NCBI GenBank assembly: GCA_023667435.1
Contig: JAMPAB010000004.1
Location: 1-54,829 of the forward strand
Source: Corallococcus sp.
GTDB lineage: Bacteria; Bacillota; Clostridia; Christensenellales; CAG-314
Reading direction: 5' to 3'
DNA length: 54,829 nt
Within the stretch, counting starts at the first letter, position 1, and every line of letters starts with the position of its first letter. This document shows, piece after piece, positions 35,902 through 51,832 of this stretch. The notes beneath the pieces were generated by a model that did no database searches, was not told the DNA's origin, and worked only from the letters and a program-made list of their open reading frames with translations. The position numbers and the translations under genes are program-made.

Positions 35902-36321
35902 ATGACGGATTACAAATTACTTATAAAAGAAGCTTACGAAGCTCAGAAAAACGCTTATATCCCCTACTCGCGCTGGGCGGTCGGCGCGGCGCTATTAACC
36001 GCAGAAGGCAAAATTTATCGCGGCTGCAATATCGAAAGCTCGACATTTTCCCCAACTAACTGCGCCGAACGGACGGCGATTTTCAAAGCGGTATCGGAAG
36101 GAGAACGTCATTTCGCCGCAATAGCGATAGTCGGAAACGACGTTAATACGCCCGTAGGAGAAGGCGACTACTGCCCGCCTTGCGGAGTTTGCCGTCAGGT
36201 TATGACGGAGTTTTGTCAGGGAGACTTCGAGATAGTGCTGGCAAAAGACTACGACAAATACGAAGTTTATACGCTCGCGGAACTTATGCCCCTCGTAAGC
36301 TTGCCGCTATCGAACAAATAA
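35902..36321 (+). CDS. cdd: Cytidine deaminase
   Basis: Zinc motifs CAERTAIFKAV and PCGVCRQVMTEF. 139 aa. Confidence 0.93.
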   Translation: MTDYKLLIKEAYEAQKNAYIPYSRWAVGAALLTAEGKIYRGCNIESSTFSPTNCAERTAIFKAVSEGERHFAAIAIVGNDVNTPVGEGDYCPPCGVCRQVMTEFCQGDFEIVLAKDYDKYEVYTLAELMPLVSLPLSNK

Positions 36322-36334
36322 AACCGTTTACGCA

Positions 36335-36376
36335 AAAGCCGCTTCGTTTTGGAACAAACCAACACGAAACGGCTTT
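36335..36376. terminator. Bidirectional terminator
   Basis: AAAGCCGCTTCGT...ACGAAACGGCTTT long hairpin between convergent genes. Confidence 0.7.
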
Positions 36377-36414
36377 CTTGCAAAGGGTTTTTATTTTCTT
36401 CGAATTAAATACTT

Positions 36415-36867
36415 TTATTCGCTTCCGTCATAGTAGTTAATCGCTTTTATCAAACCGAAAGGATTACAAATTTTACGTAGCACTACGTCATAATCGTCAT
36501 GTTCTATTTTAAGATAAACATCGCCGTAATTAAACAATGTTCCCCAAAAGCCTCTCCTTACGTAGTAGTGTTTAACAGACCTTATTCTCCATTGTCCGCT
36601 CGTGCCGCCTTTAATCAAATAAATTTCGCCGTTCTCTACGGTAACCCTGTACGACAGTTTATATATTGCCGCAAAAACCGTCGCTATTAAGACGAAAAAC
36701 AATCCGCCGCCTAAAACTATATAACCGAGCGTAGTAATGCCGTAATGTAGCAATAGCGCCGCTGCAATAAGCAGCGTTACGGCAACTGCTATCGACGCAA
36801 AAAACTTATAGCAATACAATAAGGTGCGAGACGTTCTATATTGTACAAAATTACCGGACTTGTTCAT
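36415..36867 (-). CDS. YdbS-like membrane protein with a bacterial PH (bPH_2/DUF304) domain
   Basis: Two TM helices, then YRVTVENGEIYLIKGG...RRGFWGTLFNYGDVYLKI. Start taken at MNKSGNF after TAGGAG. Confidence 0.6.
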   Translation of the reverse strand: MNKSGNFVQYRTSRTLLYCYKFFASIAVAVTLLIAAALLLHYGITTLGYIVLGGGLFFVLIATVFAAIYKLSYRVTVENGEIYLIKGGTSGQWRIRSVKHYYVRRGFWGTLFNYGDVYLKIEHDDYDVVLRKICNPFGLIKAINYYDGSE

Positions 36868-36951
36868 GATTGCTCCTATAAAACAAAAAAGCAAGTATTT
36901 GCAACGGCACTGTAAAACACGGTTTATTGCTATCTCGCTTGAAACGTTTGA

Positions 36952-37506
36952 TCACTTGGCAATTATAATCGAACCTAACGTTTCGACTATTTCTTTCGCC
37001 ACGTTCGCATCTACGCTGACTTTTGTAACCTTGCCGCGTTTGAGTTTCTTGAAAACAGGCGGAATGGAATTGACATAAATGCCGAGACAGTTATCCGTAT
37101 CCATGTCGCTGTACAATTTAATCACTAATTTTCCTCTGCTGCACAAAATTACCGACACTATACCCGCAATTATTCCTATTATTCCCGCGCCAAAAAAAAC
37201 GTAGCTTAAAGAAGGTCCGGCATCCGACGATTGCATAGTTACGACGCCTACTACACATGCAACAATGCCTAATATAATCAACAGTATCCCCGCCAAATTT
37301 ATTTTCTTTGTGTACGACATATCTACCCCGATTATGTTATTTACAGGAAGTTCGCGATGGCGCTGACTGTTACGCCTTTCTTCTTTAATTACTACCCGCT
37401 TGTTGGTAACCGTCAAACTGTAATCAAAATTTCCGTTTTTACTTTTTGACGTGCCGTATTGCCATGTTTTCACTAACTGCTCGCTTGGAGCTAAAACTAA
37501 ACTCAT
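36952..37506 (-). CDS. Hypothetical membrane protein (N-terminal PH/GRAM-like segment, two TM helices)
   Basis: 184 aa. LVKTWQYG...SLTVTNKRVVIKEE followed by two hydrophobic helices. GGAGG Shine-Dalgarno. Confidence 0.6.
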   Translation of the reverse strand: MSLVLAPSEQLVKTWQYGTSKSKNGNFDYSLTVTNKRVVIKEERRNSQRHRELPVNNIIGVDMSYTKKINLAGILLIILGIVACVVGVVTMQSSDAGPSLSYVFFGAGIIGIIAGIVSVILCSRGKLVIKLYSDMDTDNCLGIYVNSIPPVFKKLKRGKVTKVSVDANVAKEIVETLGSIIIAK

Positions 37507-37533
37507 TTTTATCCTCCGTAGTCTTATATCAAT

Positions 37534-37562
37534 ATTATATTCTCACTTTTGTGAGATGTCAA
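37534..37562 (-). promoter_or_regulatory. Perfect-consensus promoter of the membrane-protein operon with a palindromic operator filling the spacer
   Basis: Minus strand TTGACA (37557-37562), 17-nt spacer, TATAAT (37534-37539). Sixteen of the 17 spacer nt are the palindrome TCTCAC-AAAA-GTGAGA (37541-37556). An extra GTGAGA half-site lies at 37581-37586. Confidence 0.7.
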
Positions 37563-37596
37563 GCGTATTTTCTTAATTTAGTGAGAGAATAATATT

Positions 37597-37806
37597 ATGA
37601 ACAGGTCATTCGGAGACAGACTAAAAGAACTACGCAACGAAAAGGGACTGGGACAAGTTGAATTGTCCGAACATCTCGGCGTAAGCAAGGGAATAATCAG
37701 CATGTGGGAAAACGGTTTGCGTGAACCTACGATGTCCAACCTGATAACGTTGGCTCGTTTTTTTGACGTATCGATAGATTATCTCGTCGGGATAAAAGAT
37801 TACTGA
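37597..37806 (+). CDS. XRE family HTH transcriptional regulator
   Basis: LKELRNEKGLGQVELSEHLGVSKGIISMWENGLREPT. 69 aa. Confidence 0.85.
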   Translation: MNRSFGDRLKELRNEKGLGQVELSEHLGVSKGIISMWENGLREPTMSNLITLARFFDVSIDYLVGIKDY

Positions 37807-37920
37807 ACGCTAAATCGAATCGGGTTTCGACAAAGATTTTTCCGCGTTCGAAAACTTAAAACAATGAATATAAAGCGCAACATTCCGTATGCCGAAATAA
37901 TGACCGTATGAAATAACACG

Positions 37921-37955
37921 CAAAAAATGCAGCCGAAAATTCGACTGCATTTTTG
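37921..37955 (-). terminator. Terminator after tuf
   Basis: Minus strand ATGCAGTCGAA-ttt-TCGGCTGCAT followed by TTTTTTG. Confidence 0.75.
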
Positions 37956-37971
37956 TGTTGTTTAGTTAAAA

Positions 37972-39183
37972 TTACGCGATGATCTTGGAAACAACGCCGG
38001 AACCTACGGTATGTCCGCCTTCACGGATAGCGAAACGAAGTCCGTCTTCCATAGCGATAGGCGTAATCAAAGAAACTTTGATGTGAGTATGGTCGCCGGG
38101 CATTACCATTTCCACGCCGGGATCGAGCTCGATGGATCCCGTAACGTCGGTTGTACGGAAATAGAATTGAGGACGGTATCCCTTAAAGAACGGGCTGTGA
38201 CGGCCGCCTTCTTCCTTAGTAAGAACGTATACCTGACCTTCGAAGTCCTTGTGAGGAGTAACCGATTTGGGTTTAGCTACTACCTGTCCGCGTTCGATTT
38301 CTTTACGGTCTACGCCGCGAAGAAGAAGACCTACGTTGTCTCCCGCGAACGCTTCGTCAAGAAGTTTACGGAACATTTCTACGCCTGTAACAACGGACGT
38401 TTTGATTTCGTCTTTAAGACCGACGATTTCTACGGGGTCGCTGGGTTTAACGGATCCGCGTTCTACTCTGCCGGTAGCAACGGTGCCGCGTCCGGTGATC
38501 GTAAACACGTCTTCAACGGGCATCAAGAAAGGTTTATCCGTGTCGCGAGCGGGCGTGGGGATATAGCTGTCAACAGCGTCCATCAAGTCCAAAATGGGCT
38601 TAAATACGGGGTCTGCAAGATTGTTGTTGCCGCCTGCGGCTGCGTCCATAGCTTTCTTAGCGGAACCTTTGATAATGGGAAGGTCGTCGCCGGGAAATTC
38701 GTACTTGGAAAGAAGTTCGCGTACTTCCATTTCTACGAGTTCGAGAAGCTCGTCGTCGTCAACCAAGTCGGTCTTGTTCATAAATACTACGATGTAGGGA
38801 ACGCCAACCTGACGGGCAAGAAGGATATGTTCGCGCGTCTGGGGCATCGGGCCGTCTGCGGCGGAAACTACGAGGATCGCGCCGTCCATTTGAGCAGCGC
38901 CTGTAATCATGTTTTTAACATAGTCGGCGTGTCCGGGACAGTCAACGTGAGCGTAGTGACGTTTGTCCGTTTGATATTCTACGTGAGCGGTATTAATCGT
39001 TATACCGCGAGCTCTTTCTTCGGGAGCCTTGTCGATTTCGTCATATTTCATTACTTCGGCTTTACCTTGCATAGCCATAACCATCGTGATAGCCGCAGTC
39101 AAGGTCGTCTTGCCGTGGTCTACGTGTCCGATAGTGCCGATATTGACGTGCGGTTTGCTTCTGTCAAATTTTGCTTTTGCCAT
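37972..39183 (-). CDS. tuf: Elongation factor Tu
   Basis: [27 protein letters not shown]. 403 aa. Confidence 0.98.
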   Translation of the reverse strand: MAKAKFDRSKPHVNIGTIGHVDHGKTTLTAAITMVMAMQGKAEVMKYDEIDKAPEERARGITINTAHVEYQTDKRHYAHVDCPGHADYVKNMITGAAQMDGAILVVSAADGPMPQTREHILLARQVGVPYIVVFMNKTDLVDDDELLELVEMEVRELLSKYEFPGDDLPIIKGSAKKAMDAAAGGNNNLADPVFKPILDLMDAVDSYIPTPARDTDKPFLMPVEDVFTITGRGTVATGRVERGSVKPSDPVEIVGLKDEIKTSVVTGVEMFRKLLDEAFAGDNVGLLLRGVDRKEIERGQVVAKPKSVTPHKDFEGQVYVLTKEEGGRHSPFFKGYRPQFYFRTTDVTGSIELDPGVEMVMPGDHTHIKVSLITPIAMEDGLRFAIREGGHTVGSGVVSKIIA

Positions 39184-39309
39184 TGTTGTGATTCCTCCTG
39201 ATTTTGATTGTTAATGTCAAATTTTTTGTTTTAAATTTTCTATAAGTGTATTATATCTTATTTTTTCGTTTTGGTCTACACTTTTTATAAAATATTTTTT
39301 ACCAAAACG

Positions 39310-41409
39310 CTATTTTCCGCTGCCTTCCTTAGCAATTTTTTCTCTTATTGCCTTAGGAACTTCCGCAAAGTGGTCGAATTGCATCGAATAGTTGCCTCTT
39401 CCCTGCGTACGGCTTCTCAAATCGGTAGCGTAACCGAACATTTCCGCCAACGGAATAAACGCGTTTACAACCTGTACTCCGTTGCGCATTTCTATTCCTG
39501 CGACGTTGCCTCGACGCGAAGACACGTTGCCCATGACGTCGCCCAAATATTCTTCGGGCATGGTAATTTCCACTTTCATCATAGGTTCGAGCAAGACGGG
39601 GTCCGCCTTAACCGCAGCGTTTTTCAACGCTAACGATCCCGCGATTTTAAACGCCATTTCCGAGCTGTCTACCGCGTGGAAACTCCCGTCGTAAACGGTA
39701 ACTTTGAAGTCCACCATTTCGTAACCTGCAAGAGGTCCCGTCTTGGCAGCTTCGACGATACCGTTGTTGATAGGCTGAATGTATTCTTTAGGGATGCTTC
39801 CGCCGACTGTTGCGTCAACGAATTCGTATCCTTTGCCTGCTTCCAACGGTTCGAGACGGATTTTACAATGTCCGTACTGACCTTTACCGCCCGATTGACG
39901 GACGTACTTGCCTTCCGCCTCTACCGAACGCCTGATTGTCTCGCGGTACGATACCTGCGGTTTGCCTACGTTGGCTTCTACTTTAAATTCGCGCAGCAGT
40001 CTGTCAACGATGATTTCCAAGTGCAACTCGCCCATACCGGCGATAATCGTCTGTCCCGTTTCTTTGTCGGTATACGTCTTGAACGTAGGGTCTTCTTCTG
40101 CAAGCTTGATAAGCGCCAACGTCATTTTTTCCTGACCGGCCTTAGTTTTGGGTTCTATCGCGACCTTTATAACGGGCTCGGGGAATACCATACTGTCAAG
40201 TACGATTTGATGCTTTTCTTCGCAAAGAGTGTCGCCCGTCGTAGTATCTTTAAGTCCTACCAAAGCTACGATTTCGCCTGCGTAAGTTTCGTCGATTTCC
40301 TCGCGCTGCGCGGCGTGCATTTGCAAAACCTTAGTAATGCGTTCGCGCTTGCCCTTTGTGGAGTTGTAAACGTAACTTCCCGCCTGAAGCTTGCCGCTGT
40401 ATACGCGGCAGTAAGCCAGCTTACCTACGAAAGGATCTGCGACGATTTTGAACGCAAGTCCGCAGAAAGGTTCGTTGTCGTCCGTTTTACGTACGATTTT
40501 CTTTTCCTCATCGTGCACGTCGAAACCTACTACGTGGTCGATATCGACGGGACTGGGCAAGTAATCGCATACTGCGTCAAGCAGCTTTTGAACGCCCTTG
40601 TTTTTATATGCCGTTCCGCACAAAACTGGATTGACTTTAAGCTCAATAACCGCTTTACGGAGAGCCTTCTTGATTTCGTCGACGGACAAATCGCCTTCGG
40701 CGAAAAACTTTTCCATAAGTTCGTCGTCAGTTCCCGCTACGAATTCCACCAGTTCGTCGTGCGCTTTATTTACGGCGTCGACCATATCGGACGGAACGTC
40801 CGTTTCGTCGATAACGATACCCTGCGGATCGTTGTAGATGTACGCGCGTTTGGTAATGACGTCCACTAAGCCTTTAAACGTTTCTTCCTTACCGATGGGC
40901 AACTGAATAGGCATAGCGTTCGCTTTCAAACGTTCTCTCATCATATTGACGACGTTATAAAAATTTGCGCCGTTAATATCCATTTTGTTGACGAACGCGA
41001 TACGCGGTACGTTGTACTTAGACGCCTGATGCCATACCGTTTCGCTTTGCGGTTCGACGCCGCCCTTCGCGCAGAACACCGCCACCGCTCCGTCAAGTAC
41101 GCGCAACGAACGCTCTACCTCGACGGTAAAGTCTACGTGTCCCGGAGTATCGATAAGGTTGATACGGTAATCGGTATTGTTGTAACGGTTAATCCAATGA
41201 ACCGTAGTGGCGGCGGATGCGATAGTTATACCGCGTTCCTGCTCCTGAGCCATACTGTCCATTACCGCCGTGCCTTCGTGAACCTCGCCCAACTTACGGG
41301 TTTTTCCCGAAAAGAATAAAATTCTTTCGCTTGTTGTTGTTTTTCCTGCGTCTATATGCGCCATAATACCTATATTGCGCACATTCTGCAAGGGATAAAT
41401 TCTTGCCAT
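39310..41409 (-). CDS. fusA: Elongation factor G
   Basis: [23 protein letters not shown]. 699 aa. Confidence 0.98.
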   Translation of the reverse strand: MARIYPLQNVRNIGIMAHIDAGKTTTSERILFFSGKTRKLGEVHEGTAVMDSMAQEQERGITIASAATTVHWINRYNNTDYRINLIDTPGHVDFTVEVERSLRVLDGAVAVFCAKGGVEPQSETVWHQASKYNVPRIAFVNKMDINGANFYNVVNMMRERLKANAMPIQLPIGKEETFKGLVDVITKRAYIYNDPQGIVIDETDVPSDMVDAVNKAHDELVEFVAGTDDELMEKFFAEGDLSVDEIKKALRKAVIELKVNPVLCGTAYKNKGVQKLLDAVCDYLPSPVDIDHVVGFDVHDEEKKIVRKTDDNEPFCGLAFKIVADPFVGKLAYCRVYSGKLQAGSYVYNSTKGKRERITKVLQMHAAQREEIDETYAGEIVALVGLKDTTTGDTLCEEKHQIVLDSMVFPEPVIKVAIEPKTKAGQEKMTLALIKLAEEDPTFKTYTDKETGQTIIAGMGELHLEIIVDRLLREFKVEANVGKPQVSYRETIRRSVEAEGKYVRQSGGKGQYGHCKIRLEPLEAGKGYEFVDATVGGSIPKEYIQPINNGIVEAAKTGPLAGYEMVDFKVTVYDGSFHAVDSSEMAFKIAGSLALKNAAVKADPVLLEPMMKVEITMPEEYLGDVMGNVSSRRGNVAGIEMRNGVQVVNAFIPLAEMFGYATDLRSRTQGRGNYSMQFDHFAEVPKAIREKIAKEGSGK

Positions 41410-41430
41410 TGTAAACTATTTACTCCTAAC

Positions 41431-41901
41431 TTACCATCTGAAATGAGCAAACGCCTTGTTTGCTTCGGCGGATCTGTGCATTTCTTCCTTTCTCTTGAAA
41501 GCTCCGCCCTGTTCATTGTAAGCGTCCATAAGTTCGTTAGCCAAACGGAGATACATATATCTGTCGTTACGCTTACGCGCAAACATAACCAACCATCTTA
41601 TAGCGAGAGTCTGACGTCTTTCGGGTCTTACCTCCATAGGTACTTGATAGTTTGCTCCGCCTACTCTTCTGGCCTTACATTCGAGCATAGGCATAAGGTT
41701 ATTGATCGCCTTGTTGAACACTTCCATAGGATCTTGTCCCGTTTTGGATTGTATTTCGTCAAATGCGCCGTATACAATCTCTTGCGCAGTACCCTTTTTG
41801 CCGTCTTGCATAACCTGATTGATAACCTTAGTTACAACCTTGCTGCCGTATACGGGATCGGGTAAAACGTCTCTTTTGGGGACGCCGCTTCTTCTAGGCA
41901 T
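41431..41901 (-). CDS. rpsG: 30S ribosomal protein S7
   Basis: [20 protein letters not shown]. Confidence 0.97.
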   Translation of the reverse strand: MPRRSGVPKRDVLPDPVYGSKVVTKVINQVMQDGKKGTAQEIVYGAFDEIQSKTGQDPMEVFNKAINNLMPMLECKARRVGGANYQVPMEVRPERRQTLAIRWLVMFARKRNDRYMYLRLANELMDAYNEQGGAFKRKEEMHRSAEANKAFAHFRW

Positions 41902-42095
41902 AAGTGTTTTCCTCCTTTTAGATTTTTTGATTTAATTTTGTTTTTTTACCAAATACAGCCAACTCGACGCGTTTGCACGCGGAGAAACTTCTGTCTTAGG
42001 GCGGAAAATACCGCCGACATACTGCTTACTCGGGGAAAAGTCAAAATTAAAACTCCGACTATTCACCAATTGAACTGTAAAAGTGCCGTCCCGTT

Positions 42096-42470
42096 CTATT
42101 TCTTAGGACGTTTTGCGCCGTACTTGCTGCGAGCTTGTCTACGATTTGCAACGCCTGCCGTATCGAGCGTTCCGCGAATAATGTGGTAACGGATACCGGG
42201 CAAATCTCTTACTCTTCCGCCGCGAATCAATACAACGCTGTGCTCTTGAAGGTTGTGACCTTCTCCGGGAATATAGCACGTTCCTTCCATACCGTTGGTA
42301 CGGCGTACGCGCGCAATCTTACGGAGAGCAGAGTTAGGCTTTTTGGGAGAAGTCGTAGTAACGTTTAAGCATACTCCGCGTTTTTGAGGACAGCTGTCCA
42401 ACAAAGGCGACTTGCTTTTTTCTGCTTCGCTTCTTCTGCCTTGTCTAATCAATTGGTTGATTGTTGCCAT
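42096..42470 (-). CDS. rpsL: 30S ribosomal protein S12
   Basis: [13 protein letters not shown]...[10 protein letters not shown]. Start at ATG 42468-42470 after AAGGAGG. The track ORF is over-extended. Confidence 0.97.
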   Translation of the reverse strand: MATINQLIRQGRRSEAEKSKSPLLDSCPQKRGVCLNVTTTSPKKPNSALRKIARVRRTNGMEGTCYIPGEGHNLQEHSVVLIRGGRVRDLPGIRYHIIRGTLDTAGVANRRQARSKYGAKRPKK

Positions 42471-42606
42471 TTTTTTACCTCCTTTCAATAGTGAACAGTC
42501 GAAACTCCAAAACGAGCTTCTATACAAAGCAACGGTCGTTGCGATGTAGCGAATAACGGTTTTCCGCCTGTGAGAATTATTCCCGTTAAGCGGAGGTCTA
42601 AACGAC

Positions 42607-42852
42607 TTAAACGCTTTTTACAAGCAGTCCCACCGCTCCCGACGGAACGTCTATGCCGTACTCTGAGGAAATGTCCGCCATACTGCCGTTTATAACGTAT
42701 TTGACGCTATTTTCCTTAGCGGCTTCGATGAGCGAGTGAATGTACTGCGTTTCGGCATCGGAGGCAATCCGTATCTCGCGAACGTTCTTGTTTTTAAGCT
42801 CGCGTAAGATTTGCCGTTTGCCTATTACTACCGTTTTGTCGTCATTAGCCAT
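42607..42852 (-). CDS. ybxF: L7Ae-family ribosome-associated protein (YbxF/RplGB-like)
   Basis: 81 aa. Its position between rpoC and rpsL matches B. subtilis. [23 protein letters not shown]. Confidence 0.8.
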   Translation of the reverse strand: MANDDKTVVIGKRQILRELKNKNVREIRIASDAETQYIHSLIEAAKENSVKYVINGSMADISSEYGIDVPSGAVGLLVKSV

Positions 42853-42885
42853 AAAACACCAATGTATATTTTACCAAAATACAGC

Positions 42886-42917
42886 AAAGCAGTCAAGCAT
42901 TTGCGCTCGACTGCTTT
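42886..42917. terminator. Hairpin between rpoC and ybxF (possible partial terminator or processing site)
   Basis: AAAGCAGTC...GACTGCTTT 9-bp stem. The T run is better on the plus strand than on the transcribed minus strand. Confidence 0.3.
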
Positions 42918-43051
42918 TTATTTATTTGAAGTATTTTTTTTTCGCTGCGCGCCTACGGGTCGTAAATGCGCGCTATCGGTATCATTGCGTTGCGCGCGCC
43001 CTCGTGTTTTTGCTTAGCAAAACTCGTTTCCCGCAGGCTATGCCGTAACCG

Positions 43052-46000
43052 CTATTTTACGGAATCGTCCTTCGTTTGGAAATCCGTCCTTTGAGTAAGC
43101 TCCATTTCTCTGTAACGGGACAGTCCCGTTCCCGCAGAAATCATCTTACCTATAATTACGTTCTCTTTCAAACCGTACAAAGGATCGCACTTGTTCTTGA
43201 TTGCAGCTTCGGTAAGAACTCTCGAAGTTTCCTGGAACGACGCCGCCGACAGGAAGCTGTCGGTTGCAAGACTTGCTTTCGTAATGCCCAACAGAATTCT
43301 CTTGGCTGTTGCGGGTACTCCGTCGTTTTCCAAAGCTTTGTTGTTTTCTTCTTCGAACTTGAAGATATCGACAACCTCGCCGGGCAACATATCGGTAGTG
43401 CCTGCGTCCTCTATGCGGACTTTACGGAGCATTTGACGAACTATTACTTCTACGTGCTTATCGTTTATTTCTACGCCGTTCGTACGATACGTAGCCTGAA
43501 CCTCTTTAACAAGATATTCTTCTACCGCGCGCAGACCTTTTGTGGAAAGCAGGTCTTGCGGGAAGATGGAACCTTCCGTCAAAGGCGTACCGCTTTCTAC
43601 CGCATCGCCGTCGTGAACCTTTATACGCGAAGTGTACGGAATTGCGTAATCGGTCGATTTACCTACGGCATCCGTTACGCGAACAATCTTCTTGTCCGTA
43701 TTCGTAGGAATACTTACCGTGCCGTTTACTTCGCAAATCACCGCGCAGCCCTTAGGTTTACGCGCTTCGAACAATTCTTCTACGCGCGGCAAACCTTGCG
43801 TGATATCGTCCGCCGTTGCAACGCCGCCCGTATGGAACGTACGCATTGTAAGCTGCGTTCCCGGTTCGCCTATCGATTGCGCCGCTATAACGCCGACCGC
43901 TTCGCCGAGATTTACGGGTTTGCCCGTCGCCATATTGGAACCGTAACATTTGCAGCAGACTCCGTGTTCGCTGCGGCAAGTAAGAACAGTCCTCATATAC
44001 AGTTTAGTAATGCCTGCTTTAACGATTTCTCTGGCTATGTCGTCGTTAATCATCGTGTCGCCTTTGCAAATGATTTCTCCGGTTTGAGGATTAACAACGT
44101 CGTCGATTACGTATTTGCCGATAATGCGGTCTTCGAATTTTTCGATTATTTCGTCTTTGCCCGAACCGCGGAAGGCTTCTATCCACATACCTTGCGGACG
44201 GCTGCCTGCCGAGCAGTCTTCCTCGCGGACGATAACGTTCTGCGCTACGTCTACCAAACGACGCGTCAGATATCCCGAGTCTGCCGTCTTCAATGCCGTG
44301 TCGGCAAGACCTTTACGTCCGCCGTGCGAAGAAATGAAGTATTCCAACACCGACAGACCTTCGCGGAAGCAAGCTTTAACGGGTAATTCGATTGTACGAC
44401 CCGAAGGATCGCTCATCAAACCGCGCATTCCGCAAAGCTGACGAATTTGGTTCATGCTGCCGCGCGCGCCCGAATCCGCCATCATCCAAATGGGATTGTC
44501 CTCTTCCATAACGTCTTTAACTAACGTTTCTACCTTAGACGCGGCGTTCTTCCACACTTCGATAACCGACTTGTAACGTTCGTTATCCGTTAAGAAACCT
44601 TCGTTGAATTCGTTTTCGATTTCCACCACGCGTTTTCCCGCATCGTCGAGAATGGCTTTTTTCTGCGAAGGAATATTCATATCGAATACGCTTGTGGTAA
44701 GTCCGCTTATAGTGCTGTATTTGTAGCCTAACGCTTTTACGTTATCCAACATTGTCGCCGTCGGCGTAGTACCGCGAAGTTTAAAGCATTTTTCCACTAT
44801 CTGAGAAAGCTGCTTTTTACCGACAAGATAGGATTTGGGATTGCCTATCATGTCTTTCGTAAGCTCGGGTGAAATTCCCAACGTACGTCTTTCGATTGCT
44901 TTTTGCTGCAGGATTTCGGCATCGGTTATGCCTTCGTCGCTTTCTGCCGAGCTGTCCGTATAATCGTAGTAAATAGCTTGACAGAAAATCATACGTCCTA
45001 CCGTAGTCCATATTTTTCTACCGTCTTCGAGCTGAATGTTTACAACGGTTTGCAACGTAATATCTTTCGCTACGTACGCCTCGTACGCTTCGTCGAAACT
45101 GCTGTAATACTTGCCGCTGCGCAAAATTTCCAATTCTTTTTCGGTAAGGTTCCTTTGTTTGCGCGTTACGTCGTACAACTCGATAAGCGTCTTCGTCTCT
45201 TCGACGTCGCAACGTACCGTAGTAAGATAATAGCATCCCAATACCATATCTTGCGTAGGCGATATAACCGGTTTACCGTCGGAAAGTTTCAAAATGTTGT
45301 TGGCGGCAAGCATCAGATATCTCGCTTCCGTTTGCGCCTCTACCGAAAGAGGAACGTGAACCGCCATCTGGTCTCCGTCGAAGTCGGCGTTGAATGCCGT
45401 ACATGCAAGCGGATGAAGCTTAATAGCTCTGCCTTCTATAAGCACGGGTTCGAAAGCCTGAATAGACAATCTGTGCAACGTCGGCGCGCGGTTGAGCATT
45501 ACGGGATGGTCTTTGATAACGCCTTCCAAAATATCCCAAACCTTAGCGTCGGCGCGCTCTACGCGTTTTTTCGCCGATTTAACGTTGTGACACTGATTGG
45601 TTTCAACAAGCTTCTTCATTACAAACGGTTTAAAGAGTTCCAAAGCCATTTCTTTGGGAATACCGCATTGATGAAGCTTCAACTCCGGTCCTACTACGAT
45701 AACGGAACGTCCCGAGTAGTCTACGCGCTTACCCAAAAGGTTCTGACGGAAACGGCCCTGTTTGCCGCGAAGAAGTCCCGACAGAGATTTCAACTCGCGG
45801 TTGCCCGCGCCCGTTTGAGGACGCTTGCTGCGGCTGTTGTCCAACAGACTGTCTACCGCGTCTTGCAACATACGCTTTTCGTTGTTGATAAGAATTTCGG
45901 GAGCGTTAATTTCGATAAGTCTCTTTAAACGGTTGTTGCGGTTGATAACTCTGCGATACAAATCGTTCAAGTCGCTCGTCGCGTATCTGCCGCCGTCAAG

Positions 46001-46810
46001 AGGCACCATAGCGCGGAGTTCGGGAGGCAATACGGGCAGAACGGTCAAAATCATCCATTCGGGACGGTTGCCGCTCTTGCGGAACGCCTCGACGATATCT
46101 AAACGTTTGATGGCGCGCACTTTCTTTGCGCCCTGATTCGTCTTAGCAAGAACATCGCGCAGTTCCTTGCTTTCCACTTCCAAATCGATATTTTGCAAAA
46201 GTTCTCTTACCGCTTCTGCGCCCGTTCCTGCGCGGAAATTCAAATTCGGATCTTCCTTCGCCTTAGCTTGCGCTTCGCGGTACTCGCTCATAGTAAGAAT
46301 TTGCTTATACATCATTCCGCTTTTCATCGGATCGATTACGACGTAGCTTTGGAAATTGATAAGCTGCTCCAAATATTTGGGCGACATATCCAAAATAAGT
46401 CCCATACGCGAAGGCGTTCCGCGAAAATACCAAATATGAGATACGGGAGCGGCAAGCTCTATGTGACCCATACGTTCGCGGCGTACTTTCGATTTCGTAA
46501 CCTTAACTCCGCACTTTTCGCAGACTACGCCTTTGTAGCGGATTCTCTTGTATTTACCGCAGTGACATTCCCAGTCTTTGACGGGTCCGAAAATTCTTTC
46601 GCAGAACAAACCGTCTTTTTCGGGCTTTTGAGTGCGGTAGTTAATCGTTTCGGATTTTTTGACTTCTCCGTAGGACCACTCGCGGATTTTTTCGGGAGAA
46701 GCAATACCTATACGGATAGAATCGAAATCGTTCATAATGCCCGTTCTTGCTAACGTATTCGAACGCAACGCGGATATCGATTGTCCGGTAATTGTCTTTT
46801 CGTTAATCAT
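43052..46810 (-). CDS. rpoC: DNA-directed RNA polymerase subunit beta'
   Basis: [16 protein letters not shown] catalytic motif and a zinc-binding CHCGKY..CEKCG. ATG 46810 has a GGGAGG Shine-Dalgarno, which gives about a 25-aa N-terminal extension ahead of the usual [14 protein letters not shown]. Confidence 0.97.
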   Translation of the reverse strand: MINEKTITGQSISALRSNTLARTGIMNDFDSIRIGIASPEKIREWSYGEVKKSETINYRTQKPEKDGLFCERIFGPVKDWECHCGKYKRIRYKGVVCEKCGVKVTKSKVRRERMGHIELAAPVSHIWYFRGTPSRMGLILDMSPKYLEQLINFQSYVVIDPMKSGMMYKQILTMSEYREAQAKAKEDPNLNFRAGTGAEAVRELLQNIDLEVESKELRDVLAKTNQGAKKVRAIKRLDIVEAFRKSGNRPEWMILTVLPVLPPELRAMVPLDGGRYATSDLNDLYRRVINRNNRLKRLIEINAPEILINNEKRMLQDAVDSLLDNSRSKRPQTGAGNRELKSLSGLLRGKQGRFRQNLLGKRVDYSGRSVIVVGPELKLHQCGIPKEMALELFKPFVMKKLVETNQCHNVKSAKKRVERADAKVWDILEGVIKDHPVMLNRAPTLHRLSIQAFEPVLIEGRAIKLHPLACTAFNADFDGDQMAVHVPLSVEAQTEARYLMLAANNILKLSDGKPVISPTQDMVLGCYYLTTVRCDVEETKTLIELYDVTRKQRNLTEKELEILRSGKYYSSFDEAYEAYVAKDITLQTVVNIQLEDGRKIWTTVGRMIFCQAIYYDYTDSSAESDEGITDAEILQQKAIERRTLGISPELTKDMIGNPKSYLVGKKQLSQIVEKCFKLRGTTPTATMLDNVKALGYKYSTISGLTTSVFDMNIPSQKKAILDDAGKRVVEIENEFNEGFLTDNERYKSVIEVWKNAASKVETLVKDVMEEDNPIWMMADSGARGSMNQIRQLCGMRGLMSDPSGRTIELPVKACFREGLSVLEYFISSHGGRKGLADTALKTADSGYLTRRLVDVAQNVIVREEDCSAGSRPQGMWIEAFRGSGKDEIIEKFEDRIIGKYVIDDVVNPQTGEIICKGDTMINDDIAREIVKAGITKLYMRTVLTCRSEHGVCCKCYGSNMATGKPVNLGEAVGVIAAQSIGEPGTQLTMRTFHTGGVATADDITQGLPRVEELFEARKPKGCAVICEVNGTVSIPTNTDKKIVRVTDAVGKSTDYAIPYTSRIKVHDGDAVESGTPLTEGSIFPQDLLSTKGLRAVEEYLVKEVQATYRTNGVEINDKHVEVIVRQMLRKVRIEDAGTTDMLPGEVVDIFKFEEENNKALENDGVPATAKRILLGITKASLATDSFLSAASFQETSRVLTEAAIKNKCDPLYGLKENVIIGKMISAGTGLSRYREMELTQRTDFQTKDDSVK

Positions 46811-46825
46811 ATACTTTTACCTCCC

Positions 46826-51232
<4,407 letters not shown>

Positions 51233-51440
51233 TGACACAACTCCTCAAAAAAATTTTTTCAATAAATTTGGCGTAATTTGTTGCAAAGTCGCTTTCAATA
51301 TGATATTTTGTCTGTATCGTTACCGAAAACGGTTGTTAACGCGCTGTTTGTGAACGTTTATTTTACTAAAATGTTATAAATTAGTTAGAAAACGAACAAA
51401 AAGCGCAAAATCTCCCCTATGGGTACAGATTAACTAATAT

Positions 51441-51469
51441 ATACTACCACTTTGCCATATAATAGTCAA
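51441..51469 (-). promoter_or_regulatory. Extended -10 promoter upstream of rpoB
   Basis: Minus strand TTGACT, 17-nt spacer, TGgTAGTAT. This gives a leader of about 195 nt. Confidence 0.55.
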
Positions 51470-51832
51470 AGGCAAAATCATTTTAAAAACAAAAAATAAA
51501 TATTAAAATATTTTTTCATTATTATGCGACTTCTAAACAGACGAATACGTCTGTTATTTTTATAGAAAAATTCCCGAAAGATTATTTTCATCCGCTTGCG
51601 CAGACATACTTTATTGCAAAAAGTATACGATACAAAAAAAAAGAACGAACCGTTAAAACGCGCCGCAACCGCGTCTTAATTGTCCGTTCCTTCTGTTTTA
51701 AAACCAACATACGCTACAAAAACGGATACGGAGTCCCCTCAACCTCTATCGACGCTACTTCTTCGCCGATTTGTATACTACGCTAACGCGTACGGCGTCT
51801 GCGCACCTGACGATACGGTTTGCCCGTAAGCT

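Noticed and set aside
38011-39201. A 396-aa ORF on the plus strand covering almost all of tuf. Similar long antisense ORFs lie in rpoB (47750-49612, 620 aa), ileS (15606-16946), rpoC (43076-44386, 44903-45928), fusA (39676-40869), the serpin gene (14165-15277) and the GGGtGRT gene (4515-5492).
   Set aside because: These are shadow ORFs opposite highly conserved genes with unambiguous protein motifs. Their translations are low-complexity (rich in R, F, V), they lack Shine-Dalgarno sequences, and such stop-free antisense frames follow from the codon bias of the sense gene.
42740-43048. Plus-strand ORFs of 102 aa and 68 aa between rpoC and ybxF.
   Set aside because: They are antisense to the rpoC-ybxF transcription unit and partly overlap ybxF. 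They have no Shine-Dalgarno and no motifs.
43052-46810. An internal start for rpoC at ATG 46735 ([10 protein letters not shown]...), which would remove the 25-aa N-terminal extension.
   Set aside because: ATG 46810 has a strong GGGAGG Shine-Dalgarno at good spacing, while ATG 46735 has none. I kept the longer form, though the extension is not typical.
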